NCBI GenBank assembly: GCA_965243525.1
Contig: OZ251568.1
Span: 1,703,664-1,767,663 of the forward strand
Source of the DNA: Spirochaetia bacterium
GTDB taxonomy: Bacteria; Spirochaetota; Spirochaetia; WTKD01
DNA: 64,000 nt
Direction: 5' to 3'
Shown one piece after another: positions 53,355-62,705 of the stretch; positions within the stretch are counted from its first letter, which is position 1; each line of letters starts with the position of its first letter. A model generated the notes under the pieces. It saw only the letters and a program-made list of their open reading frames with translations. It was not told the origin of the DNA and ran no database searches. The translations under genes and the position numbers were made by a program.

Positions 53355-55350
53355 GATAAAGTATATTCTTCTCGCAATACTCTTGTGTTTGTTCTCTGGT
53401 GCAGTTGCAGGACAAATGACAGCGATTCAACGCGAGGCACTTGCAAATCAGGAATTTCGATGGGGTGTTGGGAGCATTAATGCAGGGCAGTATACCGAAG
53501 CGATTGTTTCTTTTACGCGCTCACTGGGATTTTTGACAAATAATGCAACAATACAAAAATGGTTGGGTCATGCATATTATGCAAGTGGATACAACGATGC
53601 TGCTATTGAGCAATGGAATATCGTCAACACCGATCAGCGCAGTGCGTTGATTACAAGTCTTATCGCAATACTCACGAGCAGAAAACAACAAGTTCTGCCT
53701 GTTGAACAAGGAACAGAGTATATTGATGTTGCACATATAGAGGGAAACATCGAACAACGTATTCATCGCCCTACGGCAGTTCATGCAAATTCGGATGGCA
53801 GTATCTATGTGAGTTCTATGGGAAGCAACCGAGTCTTGCAACTATCTGCAGATGGAACGATTCTGCAGGAATACAGTGGAACTATCAACAGTGTTAAAAC
53901 TCCATTTGATCTTACTACGTACAAAAACTACCTTTTCGTCACAGAGATAGCACAAGATACGGTGATGCGTATTGATCTCGATACGCGACAGAGCATTCGG
54001 TTTGGATCTTCAGGCAGTGGTCCGGGGGAGTTCCATGGGCCACAGTATATCAGTTCTGATGATGAGGGCAGTGTATACATCAGTGATTGGGGAAATAAGC
54101 GTATCTGTAAATACGATCTTGATGGAAATTTTTTGTTTTCATTTGGTGATGAACCGCAACGAGGTTTTTTAGGATTACAAGAACCGACCGGCGTCATGTA
54201 CCATAACCAGAGAGTCTACGTTGCTGATCGAAAGAGCACAGGTTTGCATACGTTTGACAGAAGTGGAAACTATATTGAGTTTATTGATCTTGATATTGCT
54301 GACGTCGAATCCGTTGAAATGGTCCTCCCTGAGACATTGTTGTTGATTCAAAACAACAGAATTTTTTTGGTAGATATTGAAACAAGACGTATTCTCAATA
54401 CAGTTGGCGAAGCGACGGCATTTGGACTGAGTTCAGCTGTCACTGATGTGAATGATCATATCATTGCAACTGATGTTGAGCGTAATGAACTTGTCGCCTA
54501 TGCACCATTTTCTAGTTCTGTTGGGGGTATATTCACCCGCATTGAACAAATACGCCATGCAGAATTTCCAAGAGTGAGTGTCTCGATGCGCCTTGAAAAT
54601 GCCTTGGGAAATCCTATAATGGGGCTCTCTCAGGAAAATATATTCTTGTTTGAAGAGGGAAAGCAGATTCCCCATTTCACCATTGATTCGGCATCCTATC
54701 TGAATACTACGACTGATTTTGTCGTAGTGATCCAAGCAGATGATTATGCAACGTCGATAGAGCGTCAGCTTGCGCAAGGCATCCGAGCCTATCTTATCAA
54801 TGATCTTGATATCAACGTTGAACAGATTGCATGGGGAGCAGAGACAGTTCTTCCTATGACTGTGAAAAATGATGATACGTTTTCAGGAAATAATACGCTG
54901 TCCCAATGGAAATTAGACCAGACCATACGTATAGCGGGGAATACCCTTGTTCAGGCAGGAAGGATTCGGCGAGGAATACTGCTCGTAACTCAGGGGGACA
55001 TTGGTACTGGAGAACATTTTCAAAGTATAAACCTTACCGTAACCGTGCAGTTTTTGCAGAATAATGGTATTCAACTCCATCTATTACATTTAGGCGATGC
55101 GCCACTAAGCAGAGAACTGTATTATATTGCAAATGAAACTGGCGGAACGATTCTAACCAGACCACCAATCTCTGAAGGGATACGCGATATTGCAGAGGCG
55201 CAAAAGAATGCTCCAACAGGACTGTACATCCTTCGCTATACAAGTGATGTTGTGCAACGAGAGCCAATTCAGTACGTACCGATTACCACAGAAATAGAAT
55301 ATTTTGTGCGATCATCTCGTGCGGAGAGCGGCTTTTTTCTTGTTCCCTAG
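53335..55350 (+). CDS. exported TPR + NHL beta-propeller + vWA-like protein (BB0236/TP0421-like, candidate flagellar collar protein)
   Basis: Signal peptide, TPR, NHL repeats (FGSSGSGPGEFHGPQYI..VYISDWGNKRI), C-terminal FPRVSV and ANETGG; lnt-surE-TPR synteny. Confidence 0.8.
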   Translation: MKNSIVKIKYILLAILLCLFSGAVAGQMTAIQREALANQEFRWGVGSINAGQYTEAIVSFTRSLGFLTNNATIQKWLGHAYYASGYNDAAIEQWNIVNTDQRSALITSLIAILTSRKQQVLPVEQGTEYIDVAHIEGNIEQRIHRPTAVHANSDGSIYVSSMGSNRVLQLSADGTILQEYSGTINSVKTPFDLTTYKNYLFVTEIAQDTVMRIDLDTRQSIRFGSSGSGPGEFHGPQYISSDDEGSVYISDWGNKRICKYDLDGNFLFSFGDEPQRGFLGLQEPTGVMYHNQRVYVADRKSTGLHTFDRSGNYIEFIDLDIADVESVEMVLPETLLLIQNNRIFLVDIETRRILNTVGEATAFGLSSAVTDVNDHIIATDVERNELVAYAPFSSSVGGIFTRIEQIRHAEFPRVSVSMRLENALGNPIMGLSQENIFLFEEGKQIPHFTIDSASYLNTTTDFVVVIQADDYATSIERQLAQGIRAYLINDLDINVEQIAWGAETVLPMTVKNDDTFSGNNTLSQWKLDQTIRIAGNTLVQAGRIRRGILLVTQGDIGTGEHFQSINLTVTVQFLQNNGIQLHLLHLGDAPLSRELYYIANETGGTILTRPPISEGIRDIAEAQKNAPTGLYILRYTSDVVQREPIQYVPITTEIEYFVRSSRAESGFFLVP

Positions 55351-55363
55351 CTATTAAAATCAG

Positions 55364-55392
55364 TTGAATTTGTTATTCCTGTGATATACTAT
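55364..55392 (+). promoter_or_regulatory. sigma70 promoter of clpS, probably leaderless
   Basis: TTGAAT-N17-TACTAT, then 7 nt to ATG 55400. Confidence 0.55.
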
Positions 55393-55399
55393 AGGTACG

Positions 55400-55702
55400 A
55401 TGCATCCCAATTCACAGGAATCAGTTTTAGAACTACAACATAATATTCCTCAATACACTGTTGTGATGCATAACGATGATTACACAACGATGGAATTTGT
55501 AGTTGCTATTCTCCATACCATTTTTCACCATGCGCTTGATGAAGCAACACGACTTATGGATTGCATTCATACTGGTGGCGCGACCGCTGTCGGTGCATAT
55601 GCCTACGATATCGCAGTAACAAAGGTTAAGCAGGTGCATGATATTGCACAGGAGAATGGATTTCCATTGCGGTGCACTGTGGAGGAATCTTATGAATCTT
55701 GA
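55400..55702 (+). CDS. clpS: ATP-dependent Clp protease adaptor ClpS
   Basis: HNDDYTTMEFVV, DIAVTK, GFPLRC. Confidence 0.96.
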   Translation: MHPNSQESVLELQHNIPQYTVVMHNDDYTTMEFVVAILHTIFHHALDEATRLMDCIHTGGATAVGAYAYDIAVTKVKQVHDIAQENGFPLRCTVEESYES

Positions 55703-58109
55703 TAGGGATTTACATTCTGCGTTGAATGCAGCGTTAGACGAGGCGAGAACTCAAAACCATGAGTATCTGACTCCTGAGCATCTGCTCTACAAGCTTCTTG
55801 ATTTTGAATATGTCATAGACTTGTTTGAGTTATGTTCTGTTTCTTCTGAGGATTTGCGAAGAAATGTGCTGATCTATTTATCAAAGAATGTTCCAATCAC
55901 TGAGAATCCTCGCCCGGAGCAATCAATCAGTTTTCAGAATATTTTTGAACGCGCAATTATTCGATCTCGTAGCGCCGATAAGCAAAATGTTGATATTGGT
56001 GACTTTATTGTTGCTATTTTTGATGAAGAACGTTGCTATAGTTCTGACATTTTGCGAAAAGCAGGGGTGCATCGCATTGATCTGATCAACGCTATTTCAC
56101 AGGAAATTTTTACTGATTCTGGAAGGTTTGAAGATTCTGAACATACGATGGAAGAAGATTCGCTAGAACAGGATTCGTATAAGCAGTACGACCAAGATGC
56201 TGAGACTCAATCTTCAAAACGAGTAAGAAAAAAACGTTTTTTGCTCTATGAGCATGCGGTTGATCTTGTTGAAGCAGCAGAAGATGGAAAGCTTGATCCT
56301 GTTGTTGGAAGGGAGCAGGAGATAGAACGTTCTATTCTGGTGCTTTGTCGACGTACTAAAAATAATCCTCTGCATGTGGGCGAGCCAGGTGTTGGAAAAA
56401 CAGCGATCACCCATGGTCTTGCGCAGCGAATTGCTCAAAAAGAGGTGCCTGAAAAATTATTGGATAAGCGCGTATTTGCGCTAGATTTAGGATCCTTGCT
56501 TGCCGGGACACGCTATCGAGGAGATTTTGAGAAGCGAATAAAGCAAATACTTTCAGAAATCGAGAAATTGGGAAATGTCATTTTGTTCATCGATGAACTA
56601 CATACATTGATCGGTGCAGGAGCAGTCACCGGCGGAAATCTTGATGCATCGAACCTGTTCAAGCCGGCACTTGCGAACGGGCTGCTCCGTTGTATTGGCG
56701 CAACTACCTATGATGAATACAAAAAATTTGTTGAGAAAGATAAATCTTTGCTGAGGCGCTTTCAGAAAATAGATGTGAAGGAACCTAGTTCAGACGAAAC
56801 ACTCACAATCCTTCAAGGAATTATTCCCCGCTTTGAGAAGTTCCACCGGGTGCAATACACTGAACAGGCATTGCAAATGGCTATTGAACTTTCTGTTCGG
56901 CATTTGCATGATCGTTTCCTTCCAGATAAAGCTATCGACGTCATAGACGAAGCTGGAGCGGCTCAATCAATCTATCTAAAAACAGATCTTGAATCCTATG
57001 AATATGATTCTTCAGCCCGTACAACGAAAACCTTTGCGTATCACAAAGATACGAATGAAGGTGAGGTACTCATTCTTGAGAAACAAGGTATGGATGTCAA
57101 AGATTCCGGAAGCCAAGAAAATAACGTAGACACGCAGGATATCGAGCGAGTTATTGCAAGAATGGCGAACATCCCTGTGTTTACTATCCAAGAAAAAGAG
57201 AAAAAATCACTGCAGAATCTGCAGCAAAACCTCGAATCACAGATATTTGGCCAAAAAACAGCAGTCGAGACAGTTGTTGCGTCGATCAAGCGTTCTCGTG
57301 CGGGATTCAAAGAAGACACAAAGCCAGTTGCATCGTTTTTGTTTGTGGGGCCAACTGGAGTGGGAAAAACTGAATTGAGCAAATGTCTTGCCTCTGATCT
57401 GGGCATTGCATTTCATCGGTTTGACATGAGCGAATACCAAGAAAAGCATACTGTTTCACGTTTATTGGGTGCTCCCCCTGGATATGTTGGATATGAGGAG
57501 AGCGGATTATTAACAGATTCGGTTCGAAAGCAGCCACATTCTGTGCTATTACTCGATGAAATTGAAAAAGCTCATTCAGATATATTCAACGTGCTTCTGC
57601 AAGTAATGGATTATGCAACGATAACTGATAGCGCAGGAAGAAAAATAAGTTTCAAACATTGTACAATTATTATGACTTCCAACATTGGCGTCAGCAATAT
57701 AGGCAAGTCTTTAATTGGATTTGGTGAACGTGTCGAACAGTCGAACATCGTCTACAAAGAGATTGAGAAGATGTTTTCTCCGGAGTTTAGAAATCGCTTG
57801 GACAAGATTGTGCTATTCGAGCATTTGAACAAGGAATCGATCAGGGCAATTGTAGACATGCACATGCAGAAGGTTTCGCAAAATCTTGCTAAAAAAAATG
57901 TTCAGTTACAATGGGATGATGCTGTTATTGATTGGATTGGTGAAAAAGCGTATTCAATTGAATTTGGAGCAAGAAACATAGACAGAACGATACACGCTGA
58001 GATAAATGATGTATTAATTGACGAACTATTGTTTGGCTCTCTTGCTGATGGGGGACAGGTTACGATCCATATTCAAAACGACGCTCTTTCATTTGAATAT
58101 GGAGCTTAA
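55692..58109 (+). CDS. clpA: ATP-dependent Clp protease ATP-binding subunit ClpA
   Basis: [10 protein letters not shown], two AAA+ modules ([16 protein letters not shown]), RFDMSEY, IGF loop; lies between clpS and aat. Confidence 0.95.
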   Translation: MNLDRDLHSALNAALDEARTQNHEYLTPEHLLYKLLDFEYVIDLFELCSVSSEDLRRNVLIYLSKNVPITENPRPEQSISFQNIFERAIIRSRSADKQNVDIGDFIVAIFDEERCYSSDILRKAGVHRIDLINAISQEIFTDSGRFEDSEHTMEEDSLEQDSYKQYDQDAETQSSKRVRKKRFLLYEHAVDLVEAAEDGKLDPVVGREQEIERSILVLCRRTKNNPLHVGEPGVGKTAITHGLAQRIAQKEVPEKLLDKRVFALDLGSLLAGTRYRGDFEKRIKQILSEIEKLGNVILFIDELHTLIGAGAVTGGNLDASNLFKPALANGLLRCIGATTYDEYKKFVEKDKSLLRRFQKIDVKEPSSDETLTILQGIIPRFEKFHRVQYTEQALQMAIELSVRHLHDRFLPDKAIDVIDEAGAAQSIYLKTDLESYEYDSSARTTKTFAYHKDTNEGEVLILEKQGMDVKDSGSQENNVDTQDIERVIARMANIPVFTIQEKEKKSLQNLQQNLESQIFGQKTAVETVVASIKRSRAGFKEDTKPVASFLFVGPTGVGKTELSKCLASDLGIAFHRFDMSEYQEKHTVSRLLGAPPGYVGYEESGLLTDSVRKQPHSVLLLDEIEKAHSDIFNVLLQVMDYATITDSAGRKISFKHCTIIMTSNIGVSNIGKSLIGFGERVEQSNIVYKEIEKMFSPEFRNRLDKIVLFEHLNKESIRAIVDMHMQKVSQNLAKKNVQLQWDDAVIDWIGEKAYSIEFGARNIDRTIHAEINDVLIDELLFGSLADGGQVTIHIQNDALSFEYGA

Positions 58110-58758
58110 AGAACTATATAAGAATGAACTTCCAGATCCAAATCTTGCGGACCCAAGTGGATTGCTGTTTGTCAGTGAGGGATTTGATCCGGCATTAACA
58201 CTTACTGCCTATATGAAGGGAGTCTTTCCCTGGACCGATGATGGGGACATTGTTGGATGGTATTCTCCTGTTACACGACCCGTCATCACCAGAGAGTCTG
58301 CACATGTTCCTCGGCGGATAAAACGATATCTACGTACAAAGCAGTATAGGATCACGGTGAATGAATGTCCGAATATGGTGATATACCAATGTAGCCAAGT
58401 TCCTCGTAAATTCTCTAAGACATCATGGATAACCGAACGATTTATTCGGCACTACGATGAGTTGATTGATTTTGGCTATGTTCTTTCTGTTGAGGTATGG
58501 AATCATAATTTGCTTATCGGTGGATTATTTGGATTGGTGTTGGAGCAAGTCTTTTTCGGAGAGTCTATGTTTTCTGTGGCAGATTGTGCATCAAATTATG
58601 CCTTTGCCTATTTGATAGAATCATTGTTAGGAAAACAGTTTGTCTTGATTGACTGTCAAGTTACGTCTGACTATCTTACACGTTTTGGTGCTGTTGAAAT
58701 CCCTCGAAGAAAATATATCAAACTGTTACAGGAAATATACAATCCGGCTACGCTGTAA
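58099..58758 (+). CDS. aat: leucyl/phenylalanyl-tRNA--protein transferase
   Basis: AYMKGVFPW, TSWI, SVEVW, FFGESMFS, LIDCQ. Confidence 0.93.
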   Translation: MELKELYKNELPDPNLADPSGLLFVSEGFDPALTLTAYMKGVFPWTDDGDIVGWYSPVTRPVITRESAHVPRRIKRYLRTKQYRITVNECPNMVIYQCSQVPRKFSKTSWITERFIRHYDELIDFGYVLSVEVWNHNLLIGGLFGLVLEQVFFGESMFSVADCASNYAFAYLIESLLGKQFVLIDCQVTSDYLTRFGAVEIPRRKYIKLLQEIYNPATL

Positions 58759-59926
58759 ATTCTTTTACGGTGGGAAAAAGTTTTTTGGTGAGTAATTTGT
58801 AAATCTCTTCTGGAGCAATCCCCGTTATTTTGTTAATCTCTGCCTTTGTTGAAATGACAGCAGGACTTTGCGGTTGAGTATTATTATCAAGATGAATAGC
58901 GACAAAAGGTGATTTCGGTGAGTGGTGATCAATCTCAACTACAATGCCGTATCGATTACCGGTGACCGCTACTATGCTTCCTAGTGGATACATAGAATTA
59001 GTGCGGATAAAGTCTTGAACGACAGGTGCCGAGAGCTTTTTGTTAGCTTGTTTTATAACAGCAACCATTGATTGATGTGCCGTATATCGTTTTCTGTAGG
59101 TGCGATCAGAAATCATCGAAGCAAATACACTACATACCGAAATGATTTTTGCATTCTGCAATATTTCATTCTCAGACAATCCTAAAGGATACCCGGCACC
59201 ATTTACAAATTCACGACTTTGCAAAATAGCATTGCAGACTATGGGAGAACAATTGAGTGATTTTGCAATCTTATAGCCGTACACCGGGATCAAGGCGATT
59301 TGTTTCTTCTCATTCATGCTCAGATCACCCTCGTTGAAGATGACTGATTCAGGAAGATTTAGTATGCCAATATTATGAAGCATTGCTCCCATAGCAAGAT
59401 CCACAAAATGATGATAGGGGAGTTTCAACTGAACTGCATAGGATATCACTAGGATTGTTGTTTTTAAGGCAGTTTCAGTGATGTGTGAAAATACTCTGTT
59501 TTCCGTTGTCGGCGTGATCATATGTTCAAGATACAAAATATGTTTTGAGTCTGATTTTACTTCAGAAATAATGCTATGGGATAATCCTGCAATATCATCG
59601 AGAGAGAAGCCTTGGAGAGTTTTCAAAACCCCTAAGATGCGGATAATTTCATGCGACCACGAATAGTATTTTTTCATCGCCTGAAGGATCTTTGGATCTC
59701 TTTCCGGGCCTTCTGGCTTTGGAGGAGCTGATCCTTTTATGGTGTATTGTACCGGTGTATCAATGGAGGTAGCTTTTTCTATAGTGAAACGTTCATCAAA
59801 CTCCTTGTCAGTTAACTTGTTTTTGAGCTTCAAATCATACCGTTTGAACAACTGTAGCATTTCATCTGTTTCTGGAACGCCTTTGGAGATGATGAGGTAT
59901 TCATCGTCTAAAAATATGTAACTCAC
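58748..59926 (-). CDS. degenerate HD-GYP domain protein
   Basis: AMLHNIG, SREFVNGAGYP, RTYR, YPLGS C-terminal domain; metal ligands substituted. Confidence 0.85.
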   Translation of the reverse strand: MSYIFLDDEYLIISKGVPETDEMLQLFKRYDLKLKNKLTDKEFDERFTIEKATSIDTPVQYTIKGSAPPKPEGPERDPKILQAMKKYYSWSHEIIRILGVLKTLQGFSLDDIAGLSHSIISEVKSDSKHILYLEHMITPTTENRVFSHITETALKTTILVISYAVQLKLPYHHFVDLAMGAMLHNIGILNLPESVIFNEGDLSMNEKKQIALIPVYGYKIAKSLNCSPIVCNAILQSREFVNGAGYPLGLSENEILQNAKIISVCSVFASMISDRTYRKRYTAHQSMVAVIKQANKKLSAPVVQDFIRTNSMYPLGSIVAVTGNRYGIVVEIDHHSPKSPFVAIHLDNNTQPQSPAVISTKAEINKITGIAPEEIYKLLTKKLFPTVKEFTA

Positions 59927-60239
59927 CTTGCGAGGTCCTTACGTAGATGGAGTATAGTACAAACAAAGTCAAAAAGCAAGGTTGAAAATGATATCATATT
60001 CCTAGTGCACCCGTCCCTTTGTCTAATATATCTAACATTTGATAAAATATTTTAATTAAACAAGATGTATATTCTGTATCATGCCTTTTTAGAACGGTTT
60101 ATTGGTGGAGTAGATGTATGAATTACGTAATTATTTTTCTGCGGGAGGAAATTCTTGCGTCTTTCTAGGACATGAATATATACTAGATATACATATACTG
60201 TAATTTTGGTAGTTGCCCATAAGGTAATAAGGAGGAATT

Positions 60240-60736
60240 ATGAGACGTACATATTTTATTTTCATAGCATTGGTGACTTTTATTGCAGGTGGGGTTTTTG
60301 CTCAAGAGGCAGAATGGGGGCATTTCGACATCCCTCCCCTTGAGAAAAAGATAGACACAGAGTACAGCGTTAAATATGCACTGCAGGTATCTCGCTATTT
60401 AGATGACTACGATCAGAATGAAAATTCTCTTTTCGGGTCTACATTCCAAAGCGAGGGCCTTTCGAACTGACTGTCCGTGCTCCACTTCACAACAAAAGAT
60501 GGGTTTTTGACGGTCCTGACTCCTACTATAAGATTGAGTTCCACCCGGGAGATCCCAAGCACAAAACCACATTAATCAAAGTTATTTTCTTTGGGGCGAT
60601 CCACGAATTGTCATACTCGGATTTGCTGGAGGAAGATAGACATGGAATATATGAGTTAAACGCCGGATTTACCGAAGAACTCATCCGAGAAGACATGCAA
60701 AAAGTATTAGACTATGTGATATCACAGTACCAATAA
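60240..60736 (+). pseudogene. secreted hypothetical protein interrupted by a single-base frameshift near 60421-60433
   Basis: AAGGAGG RBS, signal peptide ..VFA/QE; the -1 frame is open from about 60421 to TAA 60734-36; total 497 nt, one short of a multiple of 3. Confidence 0.7.
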
Positions 60737-61360
60737 CTACCGCATGAACTTTGAAAAATGCTCCTCGCTGATTATCTTAATCGGGTGCCCTTTATCTCGG
60801 TAGTTCATTGCTTTTACTATCTTAGTCCCGCAGTTAGAGTGTATCCAGGTGTATGTTGCGTACTCCCCAACTAACAAATAATCAAGCTGCGCTGTTACAT
60901 TTCTTTTTATTGCCCCGCCGAGCCTTTCAATGTATTTTTCTATTCCTCCTCTTGATCCTCCCATCAAAACAAACCCCCCAGTTAAACAAAAAGTTTTGTC
61001 TGGAAAGATAATCTCAGGAGCAGGATCATCAAGTGCTAGCTCTGTGCTCTTTTGGGTGAATAACTGAGAGGGGGAGCTTACATACTCTCTAAGATTTTTT
61101 AACAAAGACTTGCTTTCTTTTTTATCAACCACCCCATCTTTCAGGGCGTCTTCTACTCGCTTTGCTAGCTTGTTGGCAAGCGGGTCGTTCTCTAAATAAG
61201 CCCGATTTGCAGTTAGCCATTTTTTTAGGAATTTTGTTTCTTTCGAATTCACTAAATCGTCCGCAATAACTCCCCGAGCCGCTCCAACCAACTCGTCGGA
61301 CGCACGTTGCTCTATTTCCTTTTTACGGATGTTGCGTATTTTTTGGGTTTTGTTTTCCAT
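60737..61360 (-). CDS. stand-alone BRCT domain protein
   Basis: C-terminal FCLTGGF..IERLGG..VTAQLDYLLVG..W..GTKIVKA..IISEEHF; helical N-terminus GVIADDLVNSKE..FL..WL; AGGAGGAG RBS. Confidence 0.88.
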   Translation of the reverse strand: MENKTQKIRNIRKKEIEQRASDELVGAARGVIADDLVNSKETKFLKKWLTANRAYLENDPLANKLAKRVEDALKDGVVDKKESKSLLKNLREYVSSPSQLFTQKSTELALDDPAPEIIFPDKTFCLTGGFVLMGGSRGGIEKYIERLGGAIKRNVTAQLDYLLVGEYATYTWIHSNCGTKIVKAMNYRDKGHPIKIISEEHFSKFMR

Positions 61361-61458
61361 ATACTCCTCCTATGCGCTACACAAAAATATATATAAATTA
61401 TACTTAATATTATAGAGGAATTGCAGAGAGCACAATACGCTTAAAAAATCTATCCTAC

Positions 61459-61487
61459 TTGAGAGAAACCAGAAATAGTCCTACTAT
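61459..61487 (+). promoter_or_regulatory. sigma70 promoter of the aminotransferase-gltX unit, probably leaderless
   Basis: TTGAGA-N17-TACTAT, then 7 nt to ATG 61495. Confidence 0.55.
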
Positions 61488-61494
61488 ATATGCC

Positions 61495-62705
61495 ATGCAC
61501 CGAGCAAAACGAATTTCTCAGGTTGAATACGCAATCCGCGGCCCGCTATTATTGCGCGCATTGGAACTTGAAAAGCAAGGTGTCGATATACTAAAGCTGC
61601 ATATTGGCAATACGCAACCTTTTGGATTTCATGCTCCTGAAGTTTTGGTTGATGCCTGTGTAGAAGGGTTGCAAAGTGGTGCATCGCATGGATATACGCA
61701 TTCACAGGGGCCTGAAGCGGTGCGTGAATCTTTGGTTGCATATTATCAGCGACGAGGACTCCAATTCAAAGCAGAGCATTGTTTTTTTGGCAATGGAGTG
61801 AGTGAATTAGTGCGCCTGTGTTTGGATTGCTTATTGAATGAAGGGGATGAAGTATTGCTCCCATCTCCTGCATATCCCTTATGGGCCGCTGCTGTTCGTT
61901 TAGCAGGTGGAATTCCTGTCTTCTATTACTGCAAAGAAGAACAAAACTGGGAACCTGACGGTGAACACATCGAATCATTGCTTAGTTCTCGAACAAAGGC
62001 GGTTGTTGTGATTTCTCCGAACAATCCAACGGGAACTGTCTACAGAAAAGAAGTATTGCAACAACTATATTCCATTGCAGTTAAGCATCAACTTGTTCTT
62101 TTTTCTGATGCGATCTATGAACATATCACCTATGGTGAAATTCCCTATACAGCGATTTCTTCGCTTGGAGATGAAACGTTGACAGTTCATTTTCTGGATT
62201 GTCGAAGGAATTTTTTGCACCGGGGTTTCGCACTGCTTGGGCTTGCATCTCTGGGGTTACGCCGAAAAACAAGGATTATCTAGATGCACTCTATTTGTTG
62301 TGTTCCTTACGATTGTCACCAGTACATCCTATACTCCATGGCGTTCCGGCGATATTGGAACGTGGTTCTGGCATTGAATCTTATACGCAGCCGGGCGGGC
62401 GACTTCGTGAACAGCGCGATGCATGCGTGCGTGCATTTGCCGCAATTGATGGACTTAGTTGTGTGACGCCGACGGGTGCATTGTATGCTTTTCCAAAAAT
62501 TAATGTTGAACAGTTTGCTATTACCGACGATGAACAGTTCGCGTTTGATTTGTTGGAAGATGCACATATACTCGTAGTTCATGGTCGTGGATTTACGTGG
62601 AATGCTCCAGATCATTTTCGCATCACCTTTCTTCCGCATACCGCCGAGTTAACGCAAGGCTTTGAAAAACTAAAATCTTTCTTATCAGATTACCGGCAAT
62701 CATAA
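61495..62705 (+). pseudogene. alaA: AlaA-type class I/II PLP aminotransferase, frameshifted at the T-run 62190-62193
   Basis: YAIRGP, GNGVSEL, YPLWAAAV and PNNPTG in one frame; GLSK(PLP)..GFR, PGGRLREQRD and PDHFRITFLP in the -1 frame. Confidence 0.85.

Noticed and set aside
60468-60575. TGA read-through (selenocysteine or recoding) of the 76-aa ORF
   Set aside because: The in-frame continuation stops after 34 codons, the -1 frame gives a much longer continuation, and TGA is a normal stop elsewhere (fliI, flhA, fliA)
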